Part shown: piece after piece, positions 12,756 to 25,011 of the stretch
How positions within the stretch are numbered: position 1 is the first letter of the stretch
Layout of the letters: each line of letters starts with the position of its first letter
Assembly (NCBI GenBank): GCA_964270895.1
Contig: OZ185440.1
Source of the DNA: Podarcis filfolensis
Lineage: Eukaryota
Direction: 5' to 3' (one strand)
Length of the DNA: 64,000 nt
Translations under genes and position numbers: made by a program
Notes under the pieces: generated by a model
Database searches by the model: none
Seen by the model: only the letters and a program-made list of their open reading frames with translations
What the model was told of the DNA's origin: nothing

Positions 12756-12770
12756 TTCTTCCAACCTCAG
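12756..12770 (+). CDS. NFASC: NFASC 15-nt microexon (VLPTS), likely orthologue of the mammalian ATPTA linker exon
   Basis: TGAAG|TTCTTCCAACCTCAG|GTACTG, phase 1-1. It follows a long pyrimidine-rich tract with no AG over about 12641-12753. Its position between FNIII-4 and PAT and its resemblance to ATPTA support the call. Confidence 0.8.
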
Positions 12771-12799
12771 GTACTGTACCAAGCTGGCAGACTACACAG

Positions 12800-13091
12800 G
12801 CATGATGGGGCAGTGTGAGCTGAAGGCTTGTCTCTTGGGAGCGCTGGCATTATATAAGCATGCACCAAGTTAACCCTTTCAATGGGGGAGAGAATGTATA
12901 GACAGATGCATTGGCAGATAGCCTCCTCTTTCTGATGTAGGGAATGGGTCCATTGAAAGGGTTGACCATAATGTTTGAGCTGCTATTGCTGCTGCTGCTG
13001 CTGCTGCTGCGCATGTATGCATGATAGGCTTCTGCATTTTTTGTTGCTGTTGCTACCACTTAACAACACTGAGATACAGAGAAGTTGCATG
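12800..13091 (+). promoter_or_regulatory. RBFOX (U)GCAUG cluster downstream of the 15-nt microexon
   Basis: GCATG at 12800, 12858 and 13011; TGCATG at 13018 and 13086. Confidence 0.65.
12987..13010. repeat. (TGC)8 / CTG trinucleotide repeat
   Basis: Seen directly, about 216 nt downstream of the 15-nt microexon. Confidence 0.95.
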
Positions 13092-13211
13092 TGTTTATGC
13101 ACACGTGGGAGAACTGAAGGCTGTCTGGTGAATAAAAGGCTCAATCTTCTGCATACGTGCAGGCCAGAGGCCCCATCCTCTGCTCGCCCCATTCCCTCAA
13201 GCTACATGTGT

Positions 13212-13292
13212 TAAGAGCATAAGAAAAGCTTGCTGGATCAGGCCAAGGACCCATCTAGTCCAGCATCCTGTTCTTACAGTGACCAACCAGAA
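13212..13292 (-). mobile_element. CR1-like 3' end fragment
   Basis: AAGAGCATAAGAAAAGCTTGCTGGATCAGGCCAAGGACCCATCTAGTCCAGCATCCTGTTC, related to 59101-59185. Confidence 0.6.
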
Positions 13293-14608
13293 GGTGAACC
13301 ATGCGTAGGAGAGTTGCTCCATGAGTGGACCAGGGTGCTTTTCCAGGGAAAAAAGACATCAGGTTGCCTCTCCCTACTCTAGATCCTAGTGTTAGCAACA
13401 GTCTATAACGGGGAAGAGGCATTTTTAAAAAGAAGAAAACATCCTCCCCAGGTTGCATTTCAAAGTTGTGTTCATTATAGCACCCTAACCTATAACCTGA
13501 GAGCAGCTATTGTTTTCCACTATAAAACTGTGTCTAAAAAGTGCCCTAGTTTTGGAAATGTGTCTCTCTGGAACAGCATCCATTTTTCAGTTGCATCATA
13601 GAAAGGTCCACATTTGCCTTTGGTCACAACTGGAGGTGGGAGTTGTTTTGTTCTCCTGAGACTGTTAGTCAGACACAAAGCAATACCCCCCATTTCTTTT
13701 CCAGGGGTTGTCTGGCTGACAGGCAAAAGGGTAGCACCAAATTTCTTTTGACAGCAGATGCCAGAGACTGTCTGCTGATCAGATTGCAAGTGCCAGGAGC
13801 TTTCTGTAGCCCAGCTTGTGGAGAACCAAAGAGTGTCCCTGAACCCTTGTGTCCCCAGCACTCAGAGTTTGTTCACCGCAATAATAAAAACAGTCCCCTT
13901 TTGGCTTGGGAAATCTCAGTTGGCAGGAGTCACAAATACAGAACTCTGGGAAATGAGAATGCATTTTGGTGCCCTTGGTATTCTGGGGTTAGTTGAATCC
14001 TGGACAAGAAAAGGCTTCACCCTCTCATTGAGCTTACAGAAGCTGCTACATTCACAGGATGAGAGAGAAATAATTCACTCTCTAGCCTTCTTGCCCCATC
14101 TAAAGTCTTTGTTTGCATTGGATTTGAATATTTTAGTAGGGTTTGGGCTGTATTTCCTGCTGATGCTTTCCCCTGCCATATTTTGTTGTAACTATTTAAT
14201 TGATATTACTTTGCAAACTTACTTTCCTTATGTATAGATCCTCCCTCCTACCTTTTTAACTGTATTTTTATTCCCAGCGATACAAAGGGTAGCAGATTGA
14301 TCTATTCTTGATAATTAAAGAACCAAAATTATATTTCTGCTCTAGGTTAACCAAGTGCCCACACATTTTGGGTTGGGCTTGGCAGGGCTTCCTTGTGAGT
14401 AAATGAGCATCAGATCGTGCTTTTAAATTGGATCAATATATATTTTTGGATCAGAATACATTTTTTGCATTCATTACTCCTCCCTATTATAATTATAATC
14501 ATAATCGAGCCCTGTAAAGTTGATAGAGCTCAAAAGAACCTTGAAATACAGGGGATGTAATCCAGCTGCAAGCTGCAATTGTGAACCTCATTTTAAAACA
14601 TGGGCAGC

Positions 14609-14611
<3 letters not shown>

Positions 14612-14662
<51 letters not shown>

Positions 14663-14680
14663 CTCTGTCTCTCTCTCTCA
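14612..14680. repeat. (CT)n microsatellite
   Basis: Seen directly. Confidence 0.95.
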
Positions 14681-14780
14681 GACATGGCTGAGGCTGGCAC
14701 CCTTGAGATTTTGAAACTCCATGGAGTTGACTCATTTGCCTCTATTGCTGAGTTGGTCCTGGAGCTTGGCAACCAATGAT

Positions 14781-14970
14781 AACATAGGAAGTTGCCTTAT
14801 ACTGAGTCAGACCATTGGTCCATCTATCTCAGTACTGCCTGCCCTGATTGGCAGTGGCTCTCCAGGGTTTGAGGCAAGGATTTTCCAAAGCCCTACCTGG
14901 AAAGATCTTGTATTGAACCAGGGACCTTCTGAATGCAAGGTAGATGTTCAATAATTGAGCTACAACCCTC
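14781..14970 (-). mobile_element. tRNA-headed SINE with a CR1-like tail (Squam2-like, tentative)
   Basis: ATTGAACCAGGGACCTTCTGAATGCAAGGTAGATGTTCAATAATTGAGCTACAACCC is a reverse-complemented tRNA-like head. AACATAGGAAGTTGCCTTATACTGAGTCAGACCATTGGTCCATCTA is a CR1-like tail. Confidence 0.65.
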
Positions 14971-17900
14971 CTCAAATTTGCCGCTAGTAAACTGTGATTA
15001 TTGTATTTGTGGACCTCTGATGTTAACTAAACTCATTACTGAACAGCACCAATAATACCTGAATCTAATCTAGGCTCTATTTGAGCATGTATGAATGTAG
15101 CATTATATAGGCCAGCTTTGGCTTCACCCTGACCCATGTTTTGTTTGTGCAAATAGCAGACAGATTTTTACTGCTTGAAGTCAGACACATCCCACCTTGG
15201 AAAGGGAATCGTAAGGTTTTTGTTATGCTTTCCAGAAGAACTACTATGTAGCGGAATTCAGACTAGAATCATGAGATCTAATAATATTAACAATCAAAAC
15301 TGGAAAGTGTCAAGAAACCCAAGTCTGACAATTTTGGAGACATAAAATTGATAGAACCAGAGCAATATTCTGTGCAATGTCAAAACAAAAAAGCCTTTTA
15401 CTCAGACTCTAAAGCTGACAGTTGCCCTTTAGTCTAGCATATTTTGTACTGATGTACAAACTGAATAGAACAAAGCTGTACATTTAGATGGACTGAAACT
15501 TCAGGGGTTGCTGGACGACAGTGTGAAAACAGTTGCATGGCCTACATAAAAAGGGCCTGTCCAATTTGGTTTAAAAGGATGCCAGTCTAGCACGGCATAC
15601 ATTAAAATTATTAGCTCTTATGAGTGGTGTTTTGCAGCTCCTACAAAGTAAATGCATGTGTGGTTGCCAAGATCCTATGAATGTTGACATGTGCACTATG
15701 AGCAAAAGGCTCTTAGTTCCATGTTTTCTTTATGATGTGATATTAGCCACTGTATGAGCTAGACCTAAGGTTTACATTAGGGACAGGGAAGGATTTGACG
15801 TTCCTCACGTACACTTAGGAATCCAGCAGTGTGCTCTGATGAAAGAAAGTGGCTTATTAGAGTTGTCTGCCTTGCTCTCCTGCAACCCTGATTTAAAGGA
15901 TTGTAGTTTCATTTGCTAAGGATAAATCTGGATCAATTTGTTTTTTGTTATGCAGTACAACTAGTCCACAAGTGATTGATTCTGGCTCTTCTGCTAGAGA
16001 GAAGCAGTTTTGCTAATGTGTAAGAAGTTACAACTAAAATCTCAGAAAGATCTGACTCTTGAAAGAATAAGTTTTAGAATTTTTGGTTCTGTGCCTAAGA
16101 AGCAGCAGCCACTGGTTTCTGTGGAATAGGACTGGGTAGCACATTATTTGGGCTGTTGCTTTATAAACTCCACCAAGTTTATAAAGCAAGCTCTTGACAA
16201 ATTTCTTTGTCAAGAAGAAAAAGACTGGATGTCAACTGGTAGAAAATAAAGAATTTGCTAGTCTTTCCCCATATGCAGAAATGGGAGATAAATGCTTCAA
16301 AATCGAGGCTAGAGATTGACATGAGGATAATGGCTTGTATTCAATGTCACGCTAAATAACCAGCCAGCCACCACAAGGATTTACACGGACAACAGGACTT
16401 TCTTTCCCCTCTCCATGCATGGCCCCTAAATCTTTCCTGCAGGTTCCCCCACTCAGTGGGGCATATTTGGAGAGGGTACAGAGGGGCAGAAAGTCCTGTT
16501 GCGCAAGCATAAATCCTTACGCCGGAGGGATGGTTACTTAGTGCTATATTGTTACAAGCCTAAGATGATTAGCTTTTCAGCAGAACCATATTTCAGTCCT
16601 CACATTTGTGGTTCATTCAATTTGGCACTTATATCACTTACTGAATGACTACATGTCTGCATATTTATTTATTTGTTTGTTTGTTTGTTTTGCAGTCGTT
16701 AGACTTGGAGCAAATTAATGGGTTATTTCTCTTTCAATTTCCTCACATTGCCAAAGCAAGGGAAAACTCTCCTGGAAATAGGTTTGGCTCCCCATCAGTG
16801 TTTATAAAATATTCATCCAGCCTTCCCAAGCCTACAAGTGCTGTACACACACTCTGGGAAGGCAGTTCTTGTTAACAGCCCATTAGAATCTTCTTTGAAT
16901 AATTAAATAATAGTACGTGTGTGTCTAGTTGTTTCCTTTGTGCATGGCAGTACTAGGGCTCTAGAAGTATACTTTTAAAGATGCAGCACTATACACATTT
17001 GCCAGGGAGCATGTGTCATTGAACGTAGACATACATAGAGATTACACTATTAGTGATGGAGAAATTTCAACTGAGTTCCATGCCTTTCTAGCAGTTATTT
17101 CAGTTTAGTGGGATAAAATTAAATGAATGGATGCCTGTTCAACATTGAATACTGGAAATGTTCAGCAGCTAGTAGGGAAACATTTCTACCTTGAGCCTTT
17201 AAGGTGCTACATTTAATTTTAGAAAAAAACGTTAAGGGGATTGGACAAAAAAACAACAACAACAAAACCTGCTGAATTAGAAGTTATTAACACATTGAGT
17301 ACCATGTGTATTGGTTTAAATAAGGAATATATGTGGTTATCTCACTACCAAAGGAAATTGTGCTCTGTGTACCTATTGCTTGCTGTTCTGGCAAATAGAG
17401 GTCATCCTCCAATTATCTAGAACAACCTTGCTCTCAGACTTTGCTCCTTGCATTTCTGCAGCTTTTAAGCCTCAGCGTGTTGTCTTGATTTTCCCTTCCT
17501 CTTATCCATCACAGATAGAATGACTATATATAAAGGTCAGAACTCCTGTATGAAATAACTTGTATTGAAGAGGCTCATCAGGTACAGCTTTTCTTACCCC
17601 TCCCTAACGACCTGTACCTGTTAAAATTCCTTCTTCAGTCCAGCTATTCTAGGTACATGAGCATTGTCCTCCTTTGCATCAAATTGAAGTTTGGGTAATC
17701 AGTATGAATGCAATAGATCTCTGTGAAATATAGATATGTATCTCTTTCTGCATACAGATTCCCCACCTTCCCCGTTCAGCCTGTATATTTGTCGAAGCAG
17801 GCTCAGTAATAATATGCTGAATTTAATTAGGCAGAGCCTCAAATTCTGTGTTCTCGTCTCTGCTAATGAAAGCAGGCAGCATTTGTATCTGGGTATAGAG

Positions 17901-20900
17901 GTTGAGACTATGAACGTAAGTGGAGCCCTTTACTCTGGGGAAAATCATTACTTAGTAAGGGTCTCTTGGTTTCATTTACTTTTAGCTAATCAGTTAGAAA
18001 GCTGCACATCTGTGTGTTTCAGCCTGCTTTCACTGACTCTTACACCATAGCAATTAAACACAGTCTCACGGAACATACCAAGGCAATAAACCCAGGCATG
18101 CTGTTCTATAAATTGTGTTAGAAAAGCCTGCCTCTAGTGCACTTGGTTTATCTGCATCACTGGCATCAAGGGAAGTGCACGGTTCCAGCAAATGATTGTC
18201 ACTCCTTGCCAAAGTTAATCCTTGCTGAAGGGTGCCCAATAGTGGTTAGAGCACTGGATAGCAAACTTGCTCCATGACACCCTTCCTAAACCTGATGCTG
18301 TACTGACAGCACCTGATGGGAATTGTAGTAAACATATATATAAATCTAACGGCCACCAGGTTCAGCAAGGCTAATTTATGGACCCTTAATAGGATAAATG
18401 GACAGAAATTCAACGTTGTTCCAGCATTCCAGGGACACAGTTTTATCATACAGCTAGAAATGCAGGTTTAAGCAAATGACAGATGGATGTATTAAACATC
18501 AGGTTTTGATAGTCAAAGGCAAGCAAGCCAGTGGTTTCAGCTGACAGCACCTTCAAAACCAAACCCACATTTGATGTCCTTAAAAAACAGCTGAAATACC
18601 TGGCCATGACTATCTGTTGGGACCTTAACGTGGCTGAATGGCCATTGTCTTTAATGCAGCGTTCTGCTGCCAAAATAGTAACCTTAGTGGGATCTATCTT
18701 AAAATCAGATTTTTCCTTTTAGTATGTTTTCAAAGTTCCCATCTCCCCTGTGGGTTGATAACGGTTACGTTACCCAAGTGCGTTAGAAGAGGGACAGGGC
18801 TTCAAAGTCCTGAAGTCCTCATTGTGACACAAGGAGGGTTATGGCTCAGATGCTGCTTCCAGTACCACACACTGTGTGCTTGCACAACTCCCTTAGATGG
18901 CTGCCCAAGTGTCCACTGCCCTTCACAGTATGTCTTTGTCACTCCTCATATGCAGCAAGGCTCTGCTTCTGATCAAAGGCTCCCTTTATCTTTAAGCCCG
19001 CAGTGCACTCTCATTAAAGGCTTGGATTTCAAATGAGAAGCCAGTCCCCTCCTTCGCCCTTCAGTACCCAGCAGCTGAGCTTCTTTCTGTCATGTGTTTA
19101 ATATTCAGAAGCAAATGAAGGAATACCTTTATTAGAATTAGGACTAAACCCACACAACCCCTCTCCAGTGCTACCCTTTGCTTCCATCTTCCTCCATCTG
19201 GCCAGTTTAGGCCTTTCTCTTCCTATTGTCACAGCAGGGAACCTGCCAGCATCTGTTAATCTAAGTTCATATCCATCCAAACATGAAGCCCAAAGATTGG
19301 ACATTTTTTTGCAGCTTTATCTTTATGACAGCAGGGCTTGATTCCCCACCCTCTTTTAAAGTAAACATCCAGCAATGGTTGCCGTAGTTATGCTATACAA
19401 CGCAGTTGTGCTGCCCCAAGATAATCATTTTGGTGGACCTGCTTTTTGTACTAAGTACTTTGTGTGACTGCTGTTGGACCCAGTTAAAGAAGAGTAGCTC
19501 CGGTGAACACCAGCTCCATAATGGAACCTTAGGCCACGGAAAGTTCTAGGAATTGCAGGAAATAATTTTTTTGCATCTAAGGAAACATGCCAGGTGAAAA
19601 GCTGAATGCAGTTTTAAATGGTGAGTGAAATCAGAAGCTTCAGGAAGGGAGTTCAGTAACAAATTGATTCCTAATAAAGATTAAGGGCTGCTTCTTTTCT
19701 CCACAAAAAAGTAAAGGTTGCACCGAAGTGAGAATTGTGCTATGGCTGTAGTCACACCCTCGTGTTCCTTCAGCCAGAAAATGTTGGCATTCGGCGCATG
19801 GGTAGCCCTTTCCTGGATATCTTTTTCAGGGCCAGGGTATTTAATGCCTAGTATTCCAGAATTGTAATTTTGTGGTTGTCTAGGAGACTAGAAGAGGAAT
19901 TACGTGTCTGCCTGAGCTACTGCAAACCTAGTTGCTGCAATGAAATTTTGCATGCAGCCTATGATTGCTGTCAGGACAGTACTTTGACTTGGACTCTGCA
20001 TTGGCCAAAGCTCTCCTCTGAACTGCTTGCACCCATCAGATGGAAGTGTTGGGAAACAGATTCCTCCCAAACAACATCCACCAACCCTCCACACAGAAAA
20101 TAGGACGATGCTTGTTCACATGTCACACAAAGATCCATTTTGGATCTTTCCCGAGTCAGAATATTTATTTATTTATTTATTTATTTGTTTGTTTGTTTGT
20201 TTGTTTGGCGGCACAAGAAAAGGCAGCTTCTTTAGTACATTATTCCAGAATACTAGCTGAATAATCTCAATGTTGTGTAGCCAAAAAGTGCCCCAAACCT
20301 AACAACTCTATCACTATAATGATAAGTGCAGAAAGGCCCTGAGAGAACTCAGACTCTTCCACTTTCCCTCTGTCATATTCTATAAAGTATACATGCTAGT
20401 TTTCCTAAGCTTGAGTTCCTTGGTTATATAATGCACTTTCTCTGGGTTTTTCTTCAGTGTTGTTTGACAAATCTTACACACTTTAAAGTGACTTTATTTC
20501 ATTTGCTGTGCTTTTGCATGAAGGTATGAAATGCTATCACTGTGGCATCTGCTGTGATGTTGAATTGAACACTTGGTTTATCATGAAGATCCTGCAATAT
20601 AGACAGTATTGTTGGCTGCTTGGTGTCTTCATTTCTTTTACACCTATTATGTTGTTGGACAAAAGCAGCAGGAAGATTACCTGTATAGTGTGATGCTTTT
20701 CATTGGTCTCTGATTTTATGTACTGGTTCTCTTTTGGTGTCATGCATCTTTTGTTCAAGCTCCTTCAAAGACAAAAAACCATGTGTGTGTACACCTCGGT
20801 GAACCTGCAAGTGCTTGGGGGGGGGGCATATCTTGGTTCTTCTGCAGCAGGGGAGCCATTTGTAGTCCAGACAGCTTTTGTGATTATCTCAAGTGTATTT

Positions 20901-23133
20901 AATTAATCTTTCACTCCAAACCTCATTTGTTATAGAAATTCATGAGAACGTGTGTTTTCGTTTTAATGCTGGAGTAATTCTCCAACCCTCTCACTCTGTT
21001 GGAGAATATCAAGCGTCTGACCCTTATGGACCCAGAGGAGGTCGAAAGCTAGATGATAAAAGGGGCACTTAAGCCAACTCATTATATATAGTGAACTTTG
21101 AGAGATGGCAAGACTGTTAACAACAATGAAATCCTCGAGATTTAAAGCCTCGTTTGGCTTCTTGTGACTGGGAAGTCAGACTTGGGGTGAAGGAAAAGGA
21201 CACTTTCAGTCATGTGTTAAGAGTTTGGAAGTGTAACAAATGAAAGCTACATTGCATCGTTTAGAATTAAAAGCCCACCAATTTGGCATTCATTTTTTAA
21301 AAACAGGAAATTGAGAATATGGAATTTTCCCTATTGCAGCAAGTCATCAGAAACAAAATGGCTTAGGGGAAAAACTTAAGTTCACAGCCTATCAGTTTTA
21401 TTCAAGATCTAGGTTTAAAAGAAGTACTGAGTGGAATTCGATGTGCAGTCGGGCTCCCTCTTCCCCCTGCCTGGTCTTCTCCCCCGAGGCACTATTCTGG
21501 GGCTTCTTCTGAGTTAAAAACCCCAACCAATTTTTTTTTGGGGGGGGGGAACCTTGGAAGGGGGGAGGAAGCCCCATTGTGCAAGTGGAAGTCCTTACAC
21601 AGGGCTTCTGCTGATGGGGTTGGTTAGGTGAATCCTGCCCACTGATTTCAATTGAGCACTGTTAGCGGTTTGTTCCTTGGAAGCTATAGTTTGCCTCCCA
21701 GATACAAACTGGAATGAGGATGGGGGGGGAAAGCAAATTCTGTTTAGTCCAAATTAGTGAAGGGAGGAGAGAACTGGTATGTTGCACATTATTGAAGCAT
21801 TCAGAACTCCCCATGTGAGATTTCTGATACTTGTTGGCCCAGCTGATTAATTGTGCAGATTTTTAGTTTGTCATTAAAGCTTTAGCTGATTTCACATCCC
21901 TGGGTTAGTTGATTGAAGTTTGCAGCTGTAATCTTTCCACATTATGAGAGGGACAAAACCTAGTATTCTGTAGGATTAGATCACTAAGTGGGCTATATTT
22001 AAAGTTCCAGCGTTAAATATTCTGATATTAATTTTTACAAAAACAGACAAACAAAAGCCATCATAGTGTGCAGCAGGTTTTATAGTTAGAGCAGTACCCA
22101 GTAGCTGAGCTACTTTCCACCATGTGTTTAAATTTCAGAAGCAATCTGTATTACAGCAAACCAGCCAAGGGTTTTCAGAGACGTTTTGCAGAGAGAGCAA
22201 TATAACAAAGCCAAAACGGCTAGTAAGACTTTCTGCAGTTAGGAAGGTCCATTTTCATAATGTAGCCTGACCTCTGGTCCTAACCCAGACCATCTTATTT
22301 CATCTAGGATTCACTAACAAAGAGTCAATTTACAATGTTATTAACCAAAAGCACTATTTCTCTTCCCATTCATATCCTTTTTGGGATTCAGGTCCTGACC
22401 CCCCGGGAGAATTCAGGCAAGACTAAAAATGCCTTAAATTCCATTTTCAGCTTGCTCTGCCAAAAATCTTAAACAGACAGAGCAAGTATACAGCACTGAT
22501 GCTGTAGTAAGCAGATCAGCTTAAAACTGTTCCTTATCCACAGACTAACATTACAATTATTTCTAGTGGTATATATATTTTACAGCATGTGTGTGTGATT
22601 CTACAAAAACTAGGGTTGTTGGGTTTTTTAACTAACACAATGTGAGGATTGGAGTGTGGGAATGGGCTTCAATTTGAAGTCCAACCTCATCTAAAATAAA
22701 TAATTTGAAATTTGCAAGGTGTGAGAATCTGTGATAAGTATTTAATGTGGCGTCAGAGCTTAAAAGTAGGGAAAATGTATGATCTGCACAAAATTCTATT
22801 GTCAGAAAGCTGTCAACTGAGAAATGCCTTTGCTACAGTTCAGGGTGTGCAGTGTTAATTTAATTTTTGCTCTGCCTGGTCCACAACAAATTGGATCATT
22901 CTATTTTGCTAAGAGTTTTAAAATCTAATTGTCTGTTTAAAGGTGACTTGCCTGCTTAAAGCCAAATTCTGTCATTTTTAAGAGAATAGGATTTACCTTG
23001 CTGATGGCCCATTTAGCACAATATGCTTCCTGCCAAAAAAGTATCAAAACCTAGTGCTTTTGAAGAATATGGAAAACCTTTTGATTTGGCAGAAATGGGA
23101 CAATCTTCTTCCCTTCCCTACTTTAGTATTTTA

Positions 23134-23476
23134 GGTAAAGGTAAAGGGACCCCTGACCATTAGGTCCAGTCGCGGACAACTCTGGGGTTGCGGCGCTCAG
23201 CTCGCTTTATTGGCCGAGGGAGCCGGCGTACAGCTTCCAGGTCATGTGACCAGCATGACTAACCTGCTTCTGGCGAACCAGAGCAGTGCACGGAAATGCC
23301 GTCATACCGGAGCGGTACCTATTTATCTACTTGCACTTCGTGCTTTCAAATTGCTAGGTTGGCAGGAACAGGGACCGAGCAACGGGAGCTCACCCCGTCA
23401 CGGGGATTCAAACTGCCCACCTTCTGATCGGCAAGCCCTAGGCTCTGTGGTTTAACCCACAGTGCCACCCGCGTCC
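23134..23476 (-). mobile_element. Sauria SINE, full length, with a 13-bp target-site duplication
   Basis: GGTAAAGGTAAAGGGACCCC...GCCACCCGCGTCCC, flanked by CTTTAGTATTTTA at 23121-23133 and 23477-23489. Confidence 0.93.
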
Positions 23477-23529
23477 CTTTAGTATTTTAACCCTGAGCTA
23501 AGTCCCATGTGTATAAGAGTTCTTACTCT

Positions 23530-23785
23530 TATTACTATTATTTATAAAATTTCTATACCGCCTTTCATCCAAAGATCACAGGGTGGTTTACAATATAAAA
23601 ACACAAAAATACATACAAAAATAATAACTACCCCATACACACTTTAAAAGGCCATAGATTGTTTAATTAGCCAAAGACTTGGGTGAATAGGACCGTTTTT
23701 GCCTGGCCACTAAAGATAGGTAACGAAGGTTCCAGGTGAACTCCCTGGGGAGAGTATTCCAGAAGCAGGAAGCCACCATAGGAAA
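23530..23785 (-). mobile_element. L2-like LINE 3' fragment
   Basis: It begins TTATTTATAAAATTTCTATACCGCCTTTCATCC...GGGTGGTTTACA and continues through GAGAGTATTCCAGAAGCAGGAAGCCACC, a reverse-oriented L2-type end. Confidence 0.6.
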
Positions 23786-24786
23786 TATCAGAAATATTCA
23801 GGGGGGTACATAAAGGCTATTTGTATTTATTTCTTATATATGTTTGAAAAGCAAACAGATGTTCATGAGCTAAAGCTGTGATCAGTTTACCTGGGAGTAA
23901 GGCCCAGATATATACAGGATCACATTATAAGTGCATTCACACGTGAAACTGTATTATGTATTTTCTTTAGATGTATTATTTGGCAACCTACTGAGTCTTA
24001 AAATAGCTATGTTTTAAACATAGTAGCTTTAGAATGGTGAAAACCACTTAGAAGTTAAGTTCATTGTTTGTGGTTTCCACATGTCTTAACGTTAAAAGGC
24101 TGAATTACAGTTTCTTGTTCTGCATTGTTTCTTGAAGTTTCCTATTTCAGTGTCGAGGGAGGAAAACTTTACTTGCTGTATCATACAAGTTGCTTCATTT
24201 TGAGGAGTCAGGCCCATTCTCATGTTCTCTCACGGAGATATGTATGCATTTTCTTGCTTTTCAATCCAGTTAAGCCTATATCTGCTGTCTGCAGGGGCTG
24301 GAGTGCCCTAATGCTCTCACAACCAAGAGAAGCATTCTGTTCAGTCAGTGAATGGAACCTAAAAACAAATAGCATGTTTGTGGGCAAGTATTTGTTTTAA
24401 GCCAACGCCTCCCACTTTCTGCTGCTTTGCCCATATGTTTGCAGTGCACTTGCCTACAGAAGGTTTTGCATGCGCCTTTATTTGATGGATTCCAGGACTC
24501 TCCCACACCTGCCCACTCTGCAGCTGAATTGCATTAACTGTTGTTAGTCAAAAGTGTGCCGAGGAAAGAAAGTGAAACTCAGGCTTTGTTGTCCTCTTTG
24601 CAGATGGCTTCGTTCTTTTTGCCCCTCAATTGTATGTTTTGTGTTTGTTTGTTTGTGTGTGTGTGTGTGACTTGATCCACTTTGCCATATCTTGCATGCG
24701 CGCCTAGCTTCAGGGAATGACAAAGCCAAAGAACTGGAAAATCTAAATACTTTTCAAAATGTAGTTTTTACACTTCCTTCTCCCAG

Positions 24787-25011
24787 TTGTAATCTCTCCA
24801 ACAACCATCAGCCCTACTACCATTGTGGCCACCACCACCACCACAGAAGCTACTACTATCACAACCACCACAGAAGCTACCACCACAACCACGACCACAG
24901 AAGCTCCAACCACTACTGAAGCTCCAACCACCACAGAAGCTCCAACCACCACAGAAGCAGCCATCACCACAATTATTGCTAGCACAATAGGTATCCCAGT
25001 AGAGGATTCTG
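24787..25011 (+). CDS. NFASC: NFASC PAT (Pro/Ala/Thr-rich, mucin-like) exon, NF186-type
   Basis: Acceptor CACTTCCTTCTCCCAG. It reads (V)VISPTTISPTTIVATTTTTEATTITTTTEATTTTTTTEAPTTTEAPTTTEAPTTTEAAITTIIASTIGIPVEDS. The donor is GTACTG at 25012, with an alternative in-frame donor GTATCC at 24991, so the 3' boundary is uncertain by 21 nt. Confidence 0.88.

Noticed and set aside
18440-18680. Block with E-boxes (CAGCTG) and a SOX-like CATTGT that might be a glial enhancer
   Set aside because: Short motifs alone are not evidence. It needs conservation or chromatin data.
20458-20523. 66-nt segment bounded by TTCTTCAG and AAG|GTATGA
   Set aside because: It has an in-frame TAA and no homology support. 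Chance splice-like pairs are common in an intron this long.
24743-24985. Antisense Val/Ala-rich ORF and His-rich alternative-frame ORF (24692-24919)
   Set aside because: They are shadows of the ACC/ACA-rich PAT coding repeat, not independent genes.
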